This document shows positions 38,315 through 48,647 of a stretch of DNA of 55,279 bases, one piece after another. Position numbers and translations under genes: made by a program. The notes under the pieces are model-generated. The model did not search any database and was not told where the DNA came from. It saw only the letters and a program-made list of their open reading frames with translations. Position 1 is the stretch's first letter, and each line of letters starts with the position of its first letter. Origin of the DNA: Myxococcota bacterium (GTDB lineage Bacteria; Myxococcota_A; Bradymonadia; UBA7976; UBA1532); contig JAYZEG010000004.1 of assembly GCA_036337435.1 (NCBI GenBank), positions 1 through 55,279 of the forward strand, written 5' to 3'.

Positions 38315-40021
38315 TCAATTAATGCGGTTGCTCACGACGGATTTGGCTGGGCTATGGCCACGTTGCCCGTCACGTCCAAAGTAATCAAAGCCCTGGTGTT
38401 CTCGACTGGTTTGAAAGTCGCTCACGAGATGTTTGTGTTTGTATTTGTTGAAGCGATGGAAGAGAAAATGCAAATCATGGCCTCCCAAATTCAATTCAAG
38501 CTGAACTTGATGAAGGCGCCGGTAACTCTCTTCGATTTGGCGGATTTTGCTCTTCCACGGGAGGCCATCGACCTCGTCGAACGTATACCGCTGAATCCAG
38601 CTATACACCTCATCTGGATTTCGCTGAAAGATGGTCGCTACAGGCTTCACGTTTGTGATTCCATATTTCTCGGGCATCTTTTCCATGCGGCTGCCCGTAA
38701 TCAGCGAGAATGGGTTTAGATACATCTGGTCTATGTACGGCCTGTTTCGATGTAAGAACTCGATGGTATGCTCAATGTCTTCATCTGTTTCATGGGGCAG
38801 CCCGGCGATGATTTCAACGGAGTTGTAAATGCCCGCCTGATGAGACCATTTGAGGATTTGCTGGGCTTCATCCATCCTAATGCCTTTGCCGATGAGCTTT
38901 TGCATCTTAGGACTTGTACTCTCAACGCCCCAAACGAGGCGAATGGCCCCGGACTTCCTGATCTTCTGTAGGAGGGGTAAGTCCAGATTTCGCAGGTAGG
39001 CACAGTCAGACCACATAATGTCTAGATCATGACGGATAAACGCGTCAGCCATCTCGTCTGCAAACCGGCGGCTGATGTTGAAAAGGTCATCGGCGAACAT
39101 GAAATACCGTGTATCGTATTTCTCAACCAACCCCTTGATGGCGTTTGCAACAACGTCTGGTTGCATCCATGTCACCTTTGTGAATGCGTCACCTGATGAG
39201 ATACAGAAAGCGCAGTTCATCGGGCAGCAGAAATTGAGCTTGACCGGCAACACGAGAATCTCTTCCGTTCCGGCATCTTCTGAAGCCTGATTGCCCCAAT
39301 CGTCGGGAAACCGATAGTAGAGGTGCATGGGTAGACCATCGAAATCTGGAATCACCTCCGGGCGCGTAAACAGCGGCCTGTTCTCGATATGATCACCCTC
39401 ATCCGGGAAGTATACGAGCCCGTTGACCTTGTCGAGCACCCCATCAGTTTCAAGTGCTTCGAACAGGTTCAGTAATGGGACTTCACCGTACCCTTGTATG
39501 TAGTAGTCAAAACAGCCGTTGTCGTAGAAGTACGCTAGTTCACTTTTGATAGGCATCATGTGGGGGAACGCTTCGCCCCCGAGTATGACCATCTTTCCCA
39601 TAGTTTCTCGAAGATGCTTCCCGATGCACAGTGCCATTATCGCTGCGGCGTCATCACCCTCGATGCAAGACAAGAGGACGACATCGATGTCATCCAATTC
39701 GGTGTAGGAGAGAACCTCCTCGACAATGTCAACGATGGCCGCGTCGCCAGCACCCTCCCAATATCGTCGAACCCGCTGTATGTCGAGCATGAGGTCCTTG
39801 GCTGGGAATTGTTTGCCCCAGCGATGCCTCGGAAACAATTCATCTGCTGCACACTTGGCGTCGAGGTCGTCTTGCTCGATTTGATAACCGTGCTGCGTCA
39901 GCATGGCGGTGATTGTGGCTAAGCCAAAGGGCGGGATGCCCGAATAGTTGTACATCAGACTCGGGCAGCGAAGAATTTTAAGCCTTTGTTCTCTAAACGG
40001 CGTTTTGATTTCTTCTGTCAT
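38315..40021 (-). CDS. B12-binding domain radical SAM protein
   Basis: PPFGLATI, VILGG, QGYGE (cobalamin-binding domain); CPMNCAFC; FADDLF, GVES, GLPHET. Start ATG 40021 (GGAGAAGGA upstream). Confidence 0.9.
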   Translation of the reverse strand: MTEEIKTPFREQRLKILRCPSLMYNYSGIPPFGLATITAMLTQHGYQIEQDDLDAKCAADELFPRHRWGKQFPAKDLMLDIQRVRRYWEGAGDAAIVDIVEEVLSYTELDDIDVVLLSCIEGDDAAAIMALCIGKHLRETMGKMVILGGEAFPHMMPIKSELAYFYDNGCFDYYIQGYGEVPLLNLFEALETDGVLDKVNGLVYFPDEGDHIENRPLFTRPEVIPDFDGLPMHLYYRFPDDWGNQASEDAGTEEILVLPVKLNFCCPMNCAFCISSGDAFTKVTWMQPDVVANAIKGLVEKYDTRYFMFADDLFNISRRFADEMADAFIRHDLDIMWSDCAYLRNLDLPLLQKIRKSGAIRLVWGVESTSPKMQKLIGKGIRMDEAQQILKWSHQAGIYNSVEIIAGLPHETDEDIEHTIEFLHRNRPYIDQMYLNPFSLITGSRMEKMPEKYGITNVKPVATIFQRNPDEVYSWIQRYTFDEVDGLPWKSKIRQIEESYRRLHQVQLELNLGGHDLHFLFHRFNKYKHKHLVSDFQTSREHQGFDYFGRDGQRGHSPAKSVVSNRIN

Positions 40022-40193
40022 ATCGTCGAGTCCTATCCTTCTCCGAGCCGCCCGTGGAGGCACAAGGCCCACTGGGTATGGCTCTCTCCCGTAGTATAGC
40101 AGTCTAACGGCATCAAAGGCATTCTTTCCAGTTTAGATGATAAGGGCTCTCAAATGGTTGCGCTCTAAAGCTAGATAATTTGGGGCCTCCCGG

Positions 40194-40466
40194 TCATTGG
40201 GCCGCAGGATCTGTTTTTGCAATCCTCTCAACGCATCTGGACAACTTTTCGCTCGCGATGGCCGCCCGTTCCCTCTGGGAATCAGTGACTCTACTGGTGT
40301 CCAAATGCTGTTCTCTAGCCTTAAACTCAGAATTTGTTTTCTCAACGCATTTCATGGTCTCACAACCACATATTGCCATGCTCTTTGCTTCCAGGATTTT
40401 GGCAGGATCCTTTGAGCAGCCTGCCAAACCACAGAACAAGACACTTAAAACGACCAATTTTTTCAT
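40194..40466 (-). CDS. Small Cys-containing lipoprotein
   Basis: GGAGG RBS, MKKLVVLSVLFCGLAGC lipobox, ICGCETMKC...C. Confidence 0.75.
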   Translation of the reverse strand: MKKLVVLSVLFCGLAGCSKDPAKILEAKSMAICGCETMKCVEKTNSEFKAREQHLDTSRVTDSQRERAAIASEKLSRCVERIAKTDPAAQ

Positions 40467-40792
40467 TTGAACCTCCACATCGTATCTCCCCTCGCTCTGA
40501 CATTAGCGACCCATTTTTGTCAAATGTAAACGGCGAGTTGAGGATTGGAATAAAGACAAACCGATCCGTTCAAACGTTACTGCTTCATTTCACCTGGACC
40601 TTGCTTCAGTTCAATGGGCCGCACGGAGCCCGTTTACATTCACTGGTGACTGGTCATTCCAGACACTGCGAATCAGACTCTATTGACCAGTCCTTCCAGC
40701 GAATTAAGGCTCTCGCATTCCCTGTGTGCAACAACGACAGTCATGAGGACTGGTGTGAAAACCAAGTCGCTGGCATAGTCTTTGGGAACTCA

Positions 40793-41548
40793 ATGACTAT
40801 CGGAAAAACAGTGCAACTGCCTCACATGTACGGGATTTCATATTCACCTTGGACATATAAATCCAGGTGGGCTCTAGCGAACAGGGGACTCGCGTATCGG
40901 TACAGTGAGTACACGCCCATGGTCAGCAAATGGTTGATGCGCATGCGACTTGGGCGTTGGTCGGAATCGCTTACGGTTCCCCTGATGATGACAGACCAGG
41001 AGACACTGTTCTCATCATGGGCGATTGCTGTTTATGCAGAACACCGTGGTACTGGGCATCCACTCCTCATGTCCGACGCTCGAGTCGAACATTGGAACCA
41101 AGTGTCTGACCGAATTCTTGAACTCGGGCGCATCCGAATTAGTTTGGCGATTCGACATCAACCGGATGCTTTGAAAGCGGCCTTGCCTGCCGGCTTACGA
41201 TGGCTGCCCGGAGGACGAATGATAGCGCGCCAAGGGGTACGCTACATGCTTAAAACGTACCCCGTTGATGTGGGTGAGGACGCTCTTGTCGAAAAGACCG
41301 CTGATCTTTTGATGAAGGTGAGACAGGGTCTCGCAGGCAAGCCTTATTTGCTCGAAGAACCGAGTTACGCCGACTTAGCGATCGCCAGTTGCCTGCAAAT
41401 GGTGCGGCCGGTGTCTGAGGGCATTATTCCATTAAATCCCGATTTGCACGGGCTCTGGGCTGACCCTCAACTGAGTTCATCCTTCGACGATCTCTGTGAC
41501 TGGCGAGACCAGACGATGCGCGCACTCAATGCACCACTGCTGGGGTGA
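40793..41548 (+). CDS. Glutathione S-transferase-like protein
   Basis: YSPWTYKSRWAL, TVP, SSWAIA, YLL..PSYADLAIA; true start likely ATG 40793. Confidence 0.85.
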   Translation: MTIGKTVQLPHMYGISYSPWTYKSRWALANRGLAYRYSEYTPMVSKWLMRMRLGRWSESLTVPLMMTDQETLFSSWAIAVYAEHRGTGHPLLMSDARVEHWNQVSDRILELGRIRISLAIRHQPDALKAALPAGLRWLPGGRMIARQGVRYMLKTYPVDVGEDALVEKTADLLMKVRQGLAGKPYLLEEPSYADLAIASCLQMVRPVSEGIIPLNPDLHGLWADPQLSSSFDDLCDWRDQTMRALNAPLLG

Positions 41549-41570
41549 CCCTGCAATCTCTGTTTATGGC

Positions 41571-43010
41571 TCAATTGGTCTTTGGTGGTTTGCCTGACTT
41601 ACAGGTGTCGATCTGAGCTTCTTTACGCATGAGGTCACAAAAATCGTTCACATCGCTTCTATTTGCAAATGGTCCAATCCGCACTCGAAAATAATAGACC
41701 CCATCGGGTCGTTTTTTCTTCTTTACTAATTCGCGATCGTAGCGCAGTTGCTTTTCTTGGAAATGGTGCCCGAAATTCTTAAGTTTTGTTGTGAGGGAAC
41801 GCGCATAGTATTCGTTCAAGAAAGACCCAAAATGTGCCCAGGGTCCGGGTCCGAATTTGGGATAAGACACCTTCTGATGTGCCTTTCCCCTTGAAAATAG
41901 ATTAGTCGAATCGAGAGGCTTGGGTGCGCTATCCTTCGCGGCTGATGACGTCTTTATTGGGTCCGTTGCTGTTTTTTTTGGACTCGGCTTAAGTCGGATG
42001 GTGGGTAAAGCGTTTGCAGTGCCAGTGGCCTTGGACTGCGTACGCTGGGAACTGGCAGCCGTTGGGACGCCAGACTGATTTTTCGCTGCTGGCTGTTTTG
42101 ATGGTGGGGTGACGTCGCCCGTCAAGGAAGGTAGCTTTTCAATGACGCTGGCATGGGCACTGGCCATAAGCTCTTCTGACGCGGCATACTTGGTCCAAAT
42201 TGCACGGCACTGGTCGAACCGCGCCTGCGATTGACATTTACCTCCGCGAACACACAGGAGGCATTCGTAGTTCAGTTGGCTGGCGATTTTCAAAAACTGG
42301 ACCGATTGCGACTTCATTTGGCCGCATGCAGATCGGAGGGCGCTAGATAGGCGTGGGGCTTTGTTTAAGCGGACGCACTGTTCAGTCTGCTGCTTGACTT
42401 TTTCTATGCTTGCCGCCAACCGCTGTCTCATTTGGCGAGCTTCTTTGTCCTTGGCTACAGAACGTACTTTCGGGTTTTTGTTGGGCTCTATTCCTCGCTT
42501 TCCTGCCTGACTAATCGCTCGGTTATAGGTGTCGATGAGTTCGACCAAGTTCTTTTGATATAAAGCGAAGTCGTAGTTCTTATCGCTTAGCGACTCAGAG
42601 TCGGCCTGACATCGGCGGGCCTGATCGGGAGGACACATGCCAACGCCGCCCAAGCAAGCCAAGCACTGCTTTGAGAGCCGATTCGCGTACTCGAGAATGG
42701 CATAGCCGGATGCACTGACCTCGTTGCAAACAAAAGGAATCCTATTTTGAAGTTGGCCGAGTTGCTCATTTTGATTCACATCTTCGGTCGTTTCTCTAAG
42801 GGCAGACAGAACCTTACGGCTGCTTGTTTTTAAGGTTCTGCATCGATCCATGATTTTCTGCACGTGAGTTTTGATAGCACTCAGCTCTGCTTCGGCATTG
42901 GCATAGGCTTCTGTCGGATGAGCGGCGATGATAGCCACCAAACAGACGCTGGCGAACGCCAATACTGCAGCGTGGGCAGTCGTGATGCCCTTGATTGGGG
43001 GTGATGGCAT
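41571..43010 (-). CDS. Secreted SPOR-domain protein with Cys-rich helical repeats
   Basis: Signal peptide; C-terminal WAHFGSF...YFRVRIGPFANRSDVNDFCDLM...C (SPOR); low-complexity linker. Confidence 0.75.
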   Translation of the reverse strand: MPSPPIKGITTAHAAVLAFASVCLVAIIAAHPTEAYANAEAELSAIKTHVQKIMDRCRTLKTSSRKVLSALRETTEDVNQNEQLGQLQNRIPFVCNEVSASGYAILEYANRLSKQCLACLGGVGMCPPDQARRCQADSESLSDKNYDFALYQKNLVELIDTYNRAISQAGKRGIEPNKNPKVRSVAKDKEARQMRQRLAASIEKVKQQTEQCVRLNKAPRLSSALRSACGQMKSQSVQFLKIASQLNYECLLCVRGGKCQSQARFDQCRAIWTKYAASEELMASAHASVIEKLPSLTGDVTPPSKQPAAKNQSGVPTAASSQRTQSKATGTANALPTIRLKPSPKKTATDPIKTSSAAKDSAPKPLDSTNLFSRGKAHQKVSYPKFGPGPWAHFGSFLNEYYARSLTTKLKNFGHHFQEKQLRYDRELVKKKKRPDGVYYFRVRIGPFANRSDVNDFCDLMRKEAQIDTCKSGKPPKTN

Positions 43011-43362
43011 TGGAATAACTCCAAAATAGAACGATTGCGGTTGTTAATTTGCTCTGCGTAGCAGAAGGATCTGAGCAAAGCAACACAGTGGCTTATAACA
43101 CCGTGATGCGGCTCTCAATTCCTCATCCTCAGTCCACGTCAATAGGGTGCCGTCTCGCACCAATGTGTCGTCGGATGAGGACAGTTTTCGGGAACCCCGT
43201 TCTGTGATCATGTAGCGGAAAGCCTTTCACCGGTTTTTGGGCGCATACTCAATGCCCGTTTTCTGCATCTCTTTAGCTGTTGACTGCGAGGCTCATTCTA
43301 GCAGACAGTCGGCGAATTCGGCGCAGTGAGTTGCCTTAACCCCCGAGGTCATTGCGTAGATT

Positions 43363-43776
43363 ATGGAGAAGGAATGCGTCAGAAAAATGGAACCACAGGC
43401 CACAAGAAAAACTTTTTTCCGGCTGTCTGATTTTGTGCTTTACGCCCTTATCTTGCAAACAATACCGAATCCCTCGTTTGCCAATCGCCAATTTGGCACA
43501 ATGGGCGTTCTTTACATCGTTTTTGGGTTGGTTTTGATCGCTTTTCCTGCCGCCTTATCTCTGGTTTTGTGGGCAGTCGGAAAGACGTCTCGAGACAGGG
43601 CTCAGCGTTGGCGGCGGTTCGCAATCAGGGCGGTTGGATTGGTTTTGGTCACGCTTGCCTTTTTGCATGCGACTTTCGTATATCAGACGATAAACAACTA
43701 CACTGAAGCGTGGTGGTGGGTTGTTAATCTGACCAGTTTGGGCTTCCAAGGACTCTGTCTGAAACACCTTTGCTAG
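43363..43776 (+). CDS. Hypothetical membrane protein
   Basis: 137 aa ORF with 3-4 hydrophobic segments, filling the intergenic space. Confidence 0.5.
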   Translation: MEKECVRKMEPQATRKTFFRLSDFVLYALILQTIPNPSFANRQFGTMGVLYIVFGLVLIAFPAALSLVLWAVGKTSRDRAQRWRRFAIRAVGLVLVTLAFLHATFVYQTINNYTEAWWWVVNLTSLGFQGLCLKHLC

Positions 43777-43849
43777 TTCTCGAACCGTGCCCTGAAGAAA
43801 GCAAGATCCGTGTGATTTGTCAGGCCGAGAACGGGTCAATCATTTGGGT

Positions 43850-45418
43850 TCATTGAGCGAGTTTGTTTACACCTCCCGATGACGAAACCGAATGCCAATT
43901 CAATCGAGTCCGCGTCTGCCATAGAAACAAACCGGTCGTCAGCCATGTAAACAGATGGCTGAGATGCTCAGTCCCATTTGTGATGGGCAGCTTATCGAGT
44001 GGGGATACATAATACGTAATGGAAAACAGGGTTCCATAGGTCGGAGACAAAACGCCTAAATAGCCAAGAGGTTTCATGGTTTCATTGAGGTGACCGACGG
44101 CAAAAAACACCCAAGGTACGATGACGAAAATGAGCACGACGAGGCCCAGCGTTGCGAGCGCACTCTTACCGCTTGCGAAGTGTGCATACTCACAAACCGC
44201 AGCTGTAAATGCGAACAGTCCAAGGACCTGAAGGCAGAGTAAGGCACTCTCAATCGAAATGGCCGTTTGCGCGACACCGAATGCAACAAATCTCTCGCTG
44301 ACGAGATAGAAGAGTGCAATCCAGACCAATCCGAAGACACCCGTCGTGGCCCAAACCCGCGCACTGTCTGCCCAATGAGAAGACCGACTTGCTCCGTCTT
44401 TTGCTAGCCTCCGTTTACGCCTGAGATATTGAAGCAATGTCGGACAGATAAAAGTCGTGATTAAAACACCCAGAATTACCGTTGTTTGAAGGTACACAAA
44501 GAGTGCAAATCGGCCCATTTTGAGTGCTGGGGAATACAGATCACTCATGAGCAAAATCGATAGGACCCCATAGACGATGAATGCGCCCGGTTTCGAGAAA
44601 ACGGTCGCGTCAGTGCGTCTTAATTTTCGGGCGACTGCCCAAAAAAGAAATGACGCAACGAAGAGATGGTAGACGATCGTATAAAACAACGGACTTAGAG
44701 TCATGCCGAAGACGAAGGTCGTGTATGTGTCGCCTGCGCTGGTTAATCCAGCGTCGAGAACACTTAAGTCGATCAGGGCTGGATAGGGCGTCAGGTGCGC
44801 GAGAATCGTGATGTCTGCTTTGACAAGAACTTGGCCAAACAAAATCAGAATGATGGGAATCGCGGTCGCTAATGTGCCGAAGAAACCGCGTTTGCCTCCG
44901 ATCAGGCCAAGCAGCATAGCAAGGAGCTGATACATGATGCCAGTTGTGCACAGAATCAGCACAGCCCCGAGCGCATCGAGAAAAGAGGAATCGTTGAGCA
45001 AGGTCGCTATGAGCAGAAAGGGGATAAGGACAAAAGCCCGCACGTAATGACGGATTGTTCCGCCTACGAGGTATCCCAGGGCATCTGTCCATCCCGAGGT
45101 CGGGGTCGCTTGGTGAAATTCAAGAATCCCGCTGTTTCGTTCTTGTGCCATCAAGCTCGACATCCGACTCGGTGCTTGCAGCAGCAGAAAAAAACCGATG
45201 AGCATCATGAGAAGTTCATCGGCGAAATCAAATTGCCACGGTCCTAAACGGGTCTGACCAGCCACCAGTGCGCAAATACCGAGTACAGCCGGTACGATCA
45301 GAGCCTTGACCAAGGTTGACTCCCGAAAACTACGGCGGGTCTGCGCAGTCAGAAGCGGATTATCCTTGAGGCGAACAAATGGTTCTTTGCGTGTGTGATG
45401 AGGCGTTGTCATTGTCAT
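43850..45418 (-). CDS. ABC-2 type exporter permease-like polytopic membrane protein
   Basis: DNPLL, QERNSGILEFHQATP (ABC-2-like), about 14 TM; ATGA overlap with the ABC ATPase. Confidence 0.75.
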   Translation of the reverse strand: MTMTTPHHTRKEPFVRLKDNPLLTAQTRRSFRESTLVKALIVPAVLGICALVAGQTRLGPWQFDFADELLMMLIGFFLLLQAPSRMSSLMAQERNSGILEFHQATPTSGWTDALGYLVGGTIRHYVRAFVLIPFLLIATLLNDSSFLDALGAVLILCTTGIMYQLLAMLLGLIGGKRGFFGTLATAIPIILILFGQVLVKADITILAHLTPYPALIDLSVLDAGLTSAGDTYTTFVFGMTLSPLFYTIVYHLFVASFLFWAVARKLRRTDATVFSKPGAFIVYGVLSILLMSDLYSPALKMGRFALFVYLQTTVILGVLITTFICPTLLQYLRRKRRLAKDGASRSSHWADSARVWATTGVFGLVWIALFYLVSERFVAFGVAQTAISIESALLCLQVLGLFAFTAAVCEYAHFASGKSALATLGLVVLIFVIVPWVFFAVGHLNETMKPLGYLGVLSPTYGTLFSITYYVSPLDKLPITNGTEHLSHLFTWLTTGLFLWQTRTRLNWHSVSSSGGVNKLAQ

Positions 45419-46356
45419 GCCAGACCCCCATCAGTGACCTGCTGAAATATGTCATGAAGATCGAGCTGCACTTCCGCAAACTCAAGAATTCTTACACCAC
45501 GCCCGACGAGTTGACCGAGGCATTCAGCTTGGGTTTGGTCGTCGCCCTCGAGCCTAAATTCAACAGTGTTATCCACCATGTTCGTATGTGTAATCTGCGG
45601 GAATTCTTGAAGCACTTTCTGGACGATCTCCGTTTGGTTCTCCACTGTTCTCAGTCTAATATGTCGGCTATCGGAGACAGCAGGAATGATATCTTCAATG
45701 CGCCCGGAAATACGCATGTGACCCTGTTCCATAATCGCGACGCTATTACAGAAGTCCGACAGCTCGCCGAGAATATGGCTCGATACGACAATGGCTTTAC
45801 CGCTCTCACCAAGCTTTCTTATGATATCTCCAAATTCACGCCTTGCATTGGGGTCTAAGCCTGAAGCTGGTTCGTCTAAGAGGAGTAAGCTGGGATCATG
45901 CAAAAGACATTTTGCCAGAAAAATACGTTGCCTCATTCCTCGGCTTAAACCACCGCAGAGCGTGTCTAATTTTTCTGTTAATTGAACTTGCTCTACCAGT
46001 TCCAAAATTCGGCCTCGACGTCTCGGAACTGGCACACCGTAGGCACCGGCGAATAGTTCAAGAAATTCGTAAACAGTCAAATCTTCGTAAAGCGGTGGAG
46101 CGTCCGGCATATAGCCTATGCGCTGCAGGGCTGCACTGGAATCAGTGAATAAATCGATCCCATCTATTGAAATCTGACCATAGGTAGGATCGACAAGCGC
46201 GGCAATACTCCGAATTAATGATGTTTTACCTGCCCCATTTGGACCGATCAAACCGAATACCATACCGGCATCAACTGCTAAATCGACGTCCTTTACAGCG
46301 GTTGTATCCTCATAATCGACGCGAAGGCCACGGACCTGAAGACGACTAGATTTCAT
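45415..46356 (-). CDS. ABC transporter ATP-binding protein
   Basis: GPNGAGKT, LSRGMRQR, LLLDEPASGLDP, SSH. Confidence 0.95.
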   Translation of the reverse strand: MKSSRLQVRGLRVDYEDTTAVKDVDLAVDAGMVFGLIGPNGAGKTSLIRSIAALVDPTYGQISIDGIDLFTDSSAALQRIGYMPDAPPLYEDLTVYEFLELFAGAYGVPVPRRRGRILELVEQVQLTEKLDTLCGGLSRGMRQRIFLAKCLLHDPSLLLLDEPASGLDPNARREFGDIIRKLGESGKAIVVSSHILGELSDFCNSVAIMEQGHMRISGRIEDIIPAVSDSRHIRLRTVENQTEIVQKVLQEFPQITHTNMVDNTVEFRLEGDDQTQAECLGQLVGRGVRILEFAEVQLDLHDIFQQVTDGGLA

Positions 46357-46490
46357 TGAGATAGGCCCTCCTCTTGGTTTGTCTCGGACGATTCGAATCG
46401 GCAACGCGATGAAGCCTGACGAAAGACGGATGCGTCCGGAACGGACTGACTAACGGATTCATCCGAGTGATTATTCCTTGGGCGTCCCAC

Positions 46491-48647
46491 CTAAGGTAAC
46501 ACGTGAGTTTTTTCCGCACGTCCGATAAATCGTTTGAGTCGCTTGCGAAGCTGTCTGAAGACGCTGCGCTTTCTCTTCACGAGATTTTCTTCCTCCCCTG
46601 GGTCAACATCGAGGTTATAGAGTTTATAGGTTTTTCGCTTTCGGTCCCAAATGAGTTTGTATGGGTAGTCGATGATGGCCTTCAGGTCTGTAGTTCTTTT
46701 TCTTTTCCGCGAAATGTAGCGATGAAGCTCGGTGAAAATGGGCCTAAAATGAGGCTCCTCATCGATCAGAGCATCGCTGATTAGGTCTTGGCCATCAAGT
46801 CCAGTGGTGCTCGCACCGGCTAGGCGCAGCAAGGAAGCGGTTAGGTCGATGGCTGCGACAGGGGTATGGATGGTCCGACCTTCTTTTTTTGGCACAAATA
46901 CGAACATCGGAATCCTCGCTTGTTCATCGAAAAGTGATGTGCCATGTCGCTTGTGACGATGCTCCCCAAAAGCCTCCCCATGGTCGGAAATCAAGGCGAT
47001 TACTGTGTTGTCCAACTGATCAAGTCGTTCCAGCCAGCTGACTAACTTTCCCAGTTCCCGGTCAACGAAGCCGACCAAGCGTTCATAATCGCCATATGTC
47101 TTTTTCCAACGATGAGGATCGTAGAGATGAATCCATTGGAACCATGGTTGGTTCTTTGACATCGCAACGTTCATTTGGGCGCGAGCAACCGCCATGACAT
47201 TGTCGCTTGTTGGTGTTCTCCAACGTCGCTGGGTCAAATCTGCGAAATCATCGTAACCTCTGTCGAATCCGACGCCTGCCGCGAAGAATCGGTTCTTTCC
47301 TGCGTAGGGAGCCGCGGCTGTATAATAGCCTGCATCACGAAGACGCTCGGCCAAGGTCTTTGCCTTGCTCCAATCGGGAATCGTTGTATAGGCGTGAGGT
47401 CCGGCCAAGACTTTAGAGAGGTCTGCTGATGGTTTTTTCGGGTCTAGAAGGCGTCCTCGACGGTACACCATAAGGCGCCAATCAATGTGAGCACTGTAGC
47501 GCCCCAGCATCAGTGAGCTCATACCAATGGCTGTGCGCGACCCTTGAGCGTAAGTGTGGCGATAGTTAAGGGATTGTGCTGCGAATCGTTCCAGGTGTCT
47601 GAATCTGTGCGGCTCGCTCTGTTCCAAGATGTCCCAGCGTAAGGCATCAACGGTCAGGAGAATGATGTTCGGTTTCGGTGAGTATGTTGGACGATCAGAC
47701 CTGATTTGGACGTCATCAGTAAACGAATCACTGCCGTCGGTTTTCTCCGGATTGACTTCGGCCGGTGATATGAATGCGGTGAGCCAATGCCCGAGAGTAT
47801 AGTGGGGAAGTGTTGCCCGTTTAATTTCATCTTGAGTCGTCATCCAGGTGGTCATCAGCGCAGTGACACACCCAAGAAGAACGAGCGGGACGAACAAGCG
47901 ATTCCGCAGCAATTGCTGGGACGGTCCACGAAGCATTCGCTGTGCGATAATATGATAAAGCCCGTAGTAAAGGCTTGCGATGGCCCAGATGACCCACCAT
48001 GTATGAATCGAGACATAGAGCTCCGGTAATACACGTGCATCAAATTCAAGGAGGAGTGCAGCCAACAGAAGAGTGGCGCAGAGTCTCATGCCATTTTTAC
48101 GGCCGCCGGCGATTGGCAAGAGAAAGACAAAGGCAAGACTGGCGGACCATGACCCGAGAAACAGGCCCAAATGCATCCACTCTGTTCCCGGGCGCATGAT
48201 GACGAAGGTGTCCGTCCCTCGAAATAAGCAGTACCAGCCGATGATGCTCAGGATATACAGGCTCGAGCGGGTTTTTGATGGTCTACCGAAAAAAACGCAG
48301 AGCATGTTAATGACGATCGTGATGCCAATGAACAGCGGACTCCAGTCTGGCAGTTCATTCCTCACCATCCACCACTCGCTCATTGCCAACAGTGGCGGGC
48401 CGAAACCAGCCGTCAATATCGCTGCATTGTCAATCCTCGTTAAGCGTCCAAATAAGCCGCGTTCCAGTGCGAATTGGCAGGCGACCAGGCCCAGCGCGAT
48501 CACGCTTGCGACTGTACCCGTACTAAGAGCCGTCGAGGGGTCTGCGCGGAAGAGGGCGTGTATGCCGAAGAAAATCCCGACAAACAAGGCCGTGATGGTA
48601 CTTTGGCGAATGGACGCGACTGTCGGTATTTCCTGACTTTGTCCCAA
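46491..48647 (-). CDS. Membrane-bound sulfatase/alkaline-phosphatase-superfamily hydrolase or transferase
   Basis: About 9 N-terminal TM; PNIILLTVDALRWD, HLYDPH, SDHGEAF, LYNLDVDPGE; Thr at the nucleophile position (GSRTAIG). Confidence 0.85.
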   Translation of the reverse strand: MGQSQEIPTVASIRQSTITALFVGIFFGIHALFRADPSTALSTGTVASVIALGLVACQFALERGLFGRLTRIDNAAILTAGFGPPLLAMSEWWMVRNELPDWSPLFIGITIVINMLCVFFGRPSKTRSSLYILSIIGWYCLFRGTDTFVIMRPGTEWMHLGLFLGSWSASLAFVFLLPIAGGRKNGMRLCATLLLAALLLEFDARVLPELYVSIHTWWVIWAIASLYYGLYHIIAQRMLRGPSQQLLRNRLFVPLVLLGCVTALMTTWMTTQDEIKRATLPHYTLGHWLTAFISPAEVNPEKTDGSDSFTDDVQIRSDRPTYSPKPNIILLTVDALRWDILEQSEPHRFRHLERFAAQSLNYRHTYAQGSRTAIGMSSLMLGRYSAHIDWRLMVYRRGRLLDPKKPSADLSKVLAGPHAYTTIPDWSKAKTLAERLRDAGYYTAAAPYAGKNRFFAAGVGFDRGYDDFADLTQRRWRTPTSDNVMAVARAQMNVAMSKNQPWFQWIHLYDPHRWKKTYGDYERLVGFVDRELGKLVSWLERLDQLDNTVIALISDHGEAFGEHRHKRHGTSLFDEQARIPMFVFVPKKEGRTIHTPVAAIDLTASLLRLAGASTTGLDGQDLISDALIDEEPHFRPIFTELHRYISRKRKRTTDLKAIIDYPYKLIWDRKRKTYKLYNLDVDPGEEENLVKRKRSVFRQLRKRLKRFIGRAEKTHVLP

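Noticed and set aside
40194..40466. Small Cys-rich ORF as a RiPP precursor for the B12-radical SAM
   Set aside because: It has a clear lipoprotein signal and lipobox with no leader/core pattern; no RRE or peptidase nearby.
40334..40792. 153-aa N-terminal extension on the GST ORF
   Set aside because: Overlaps the opposite-strand lipoprotein gene; GST similarity begins after ATG 40793.
46425..46466. Two short CGGAT-nn-RTCCG palindromes between the sulfatase-like and ABC genes
   Set aside because: Too short and GC-rich to distinguish from chance.
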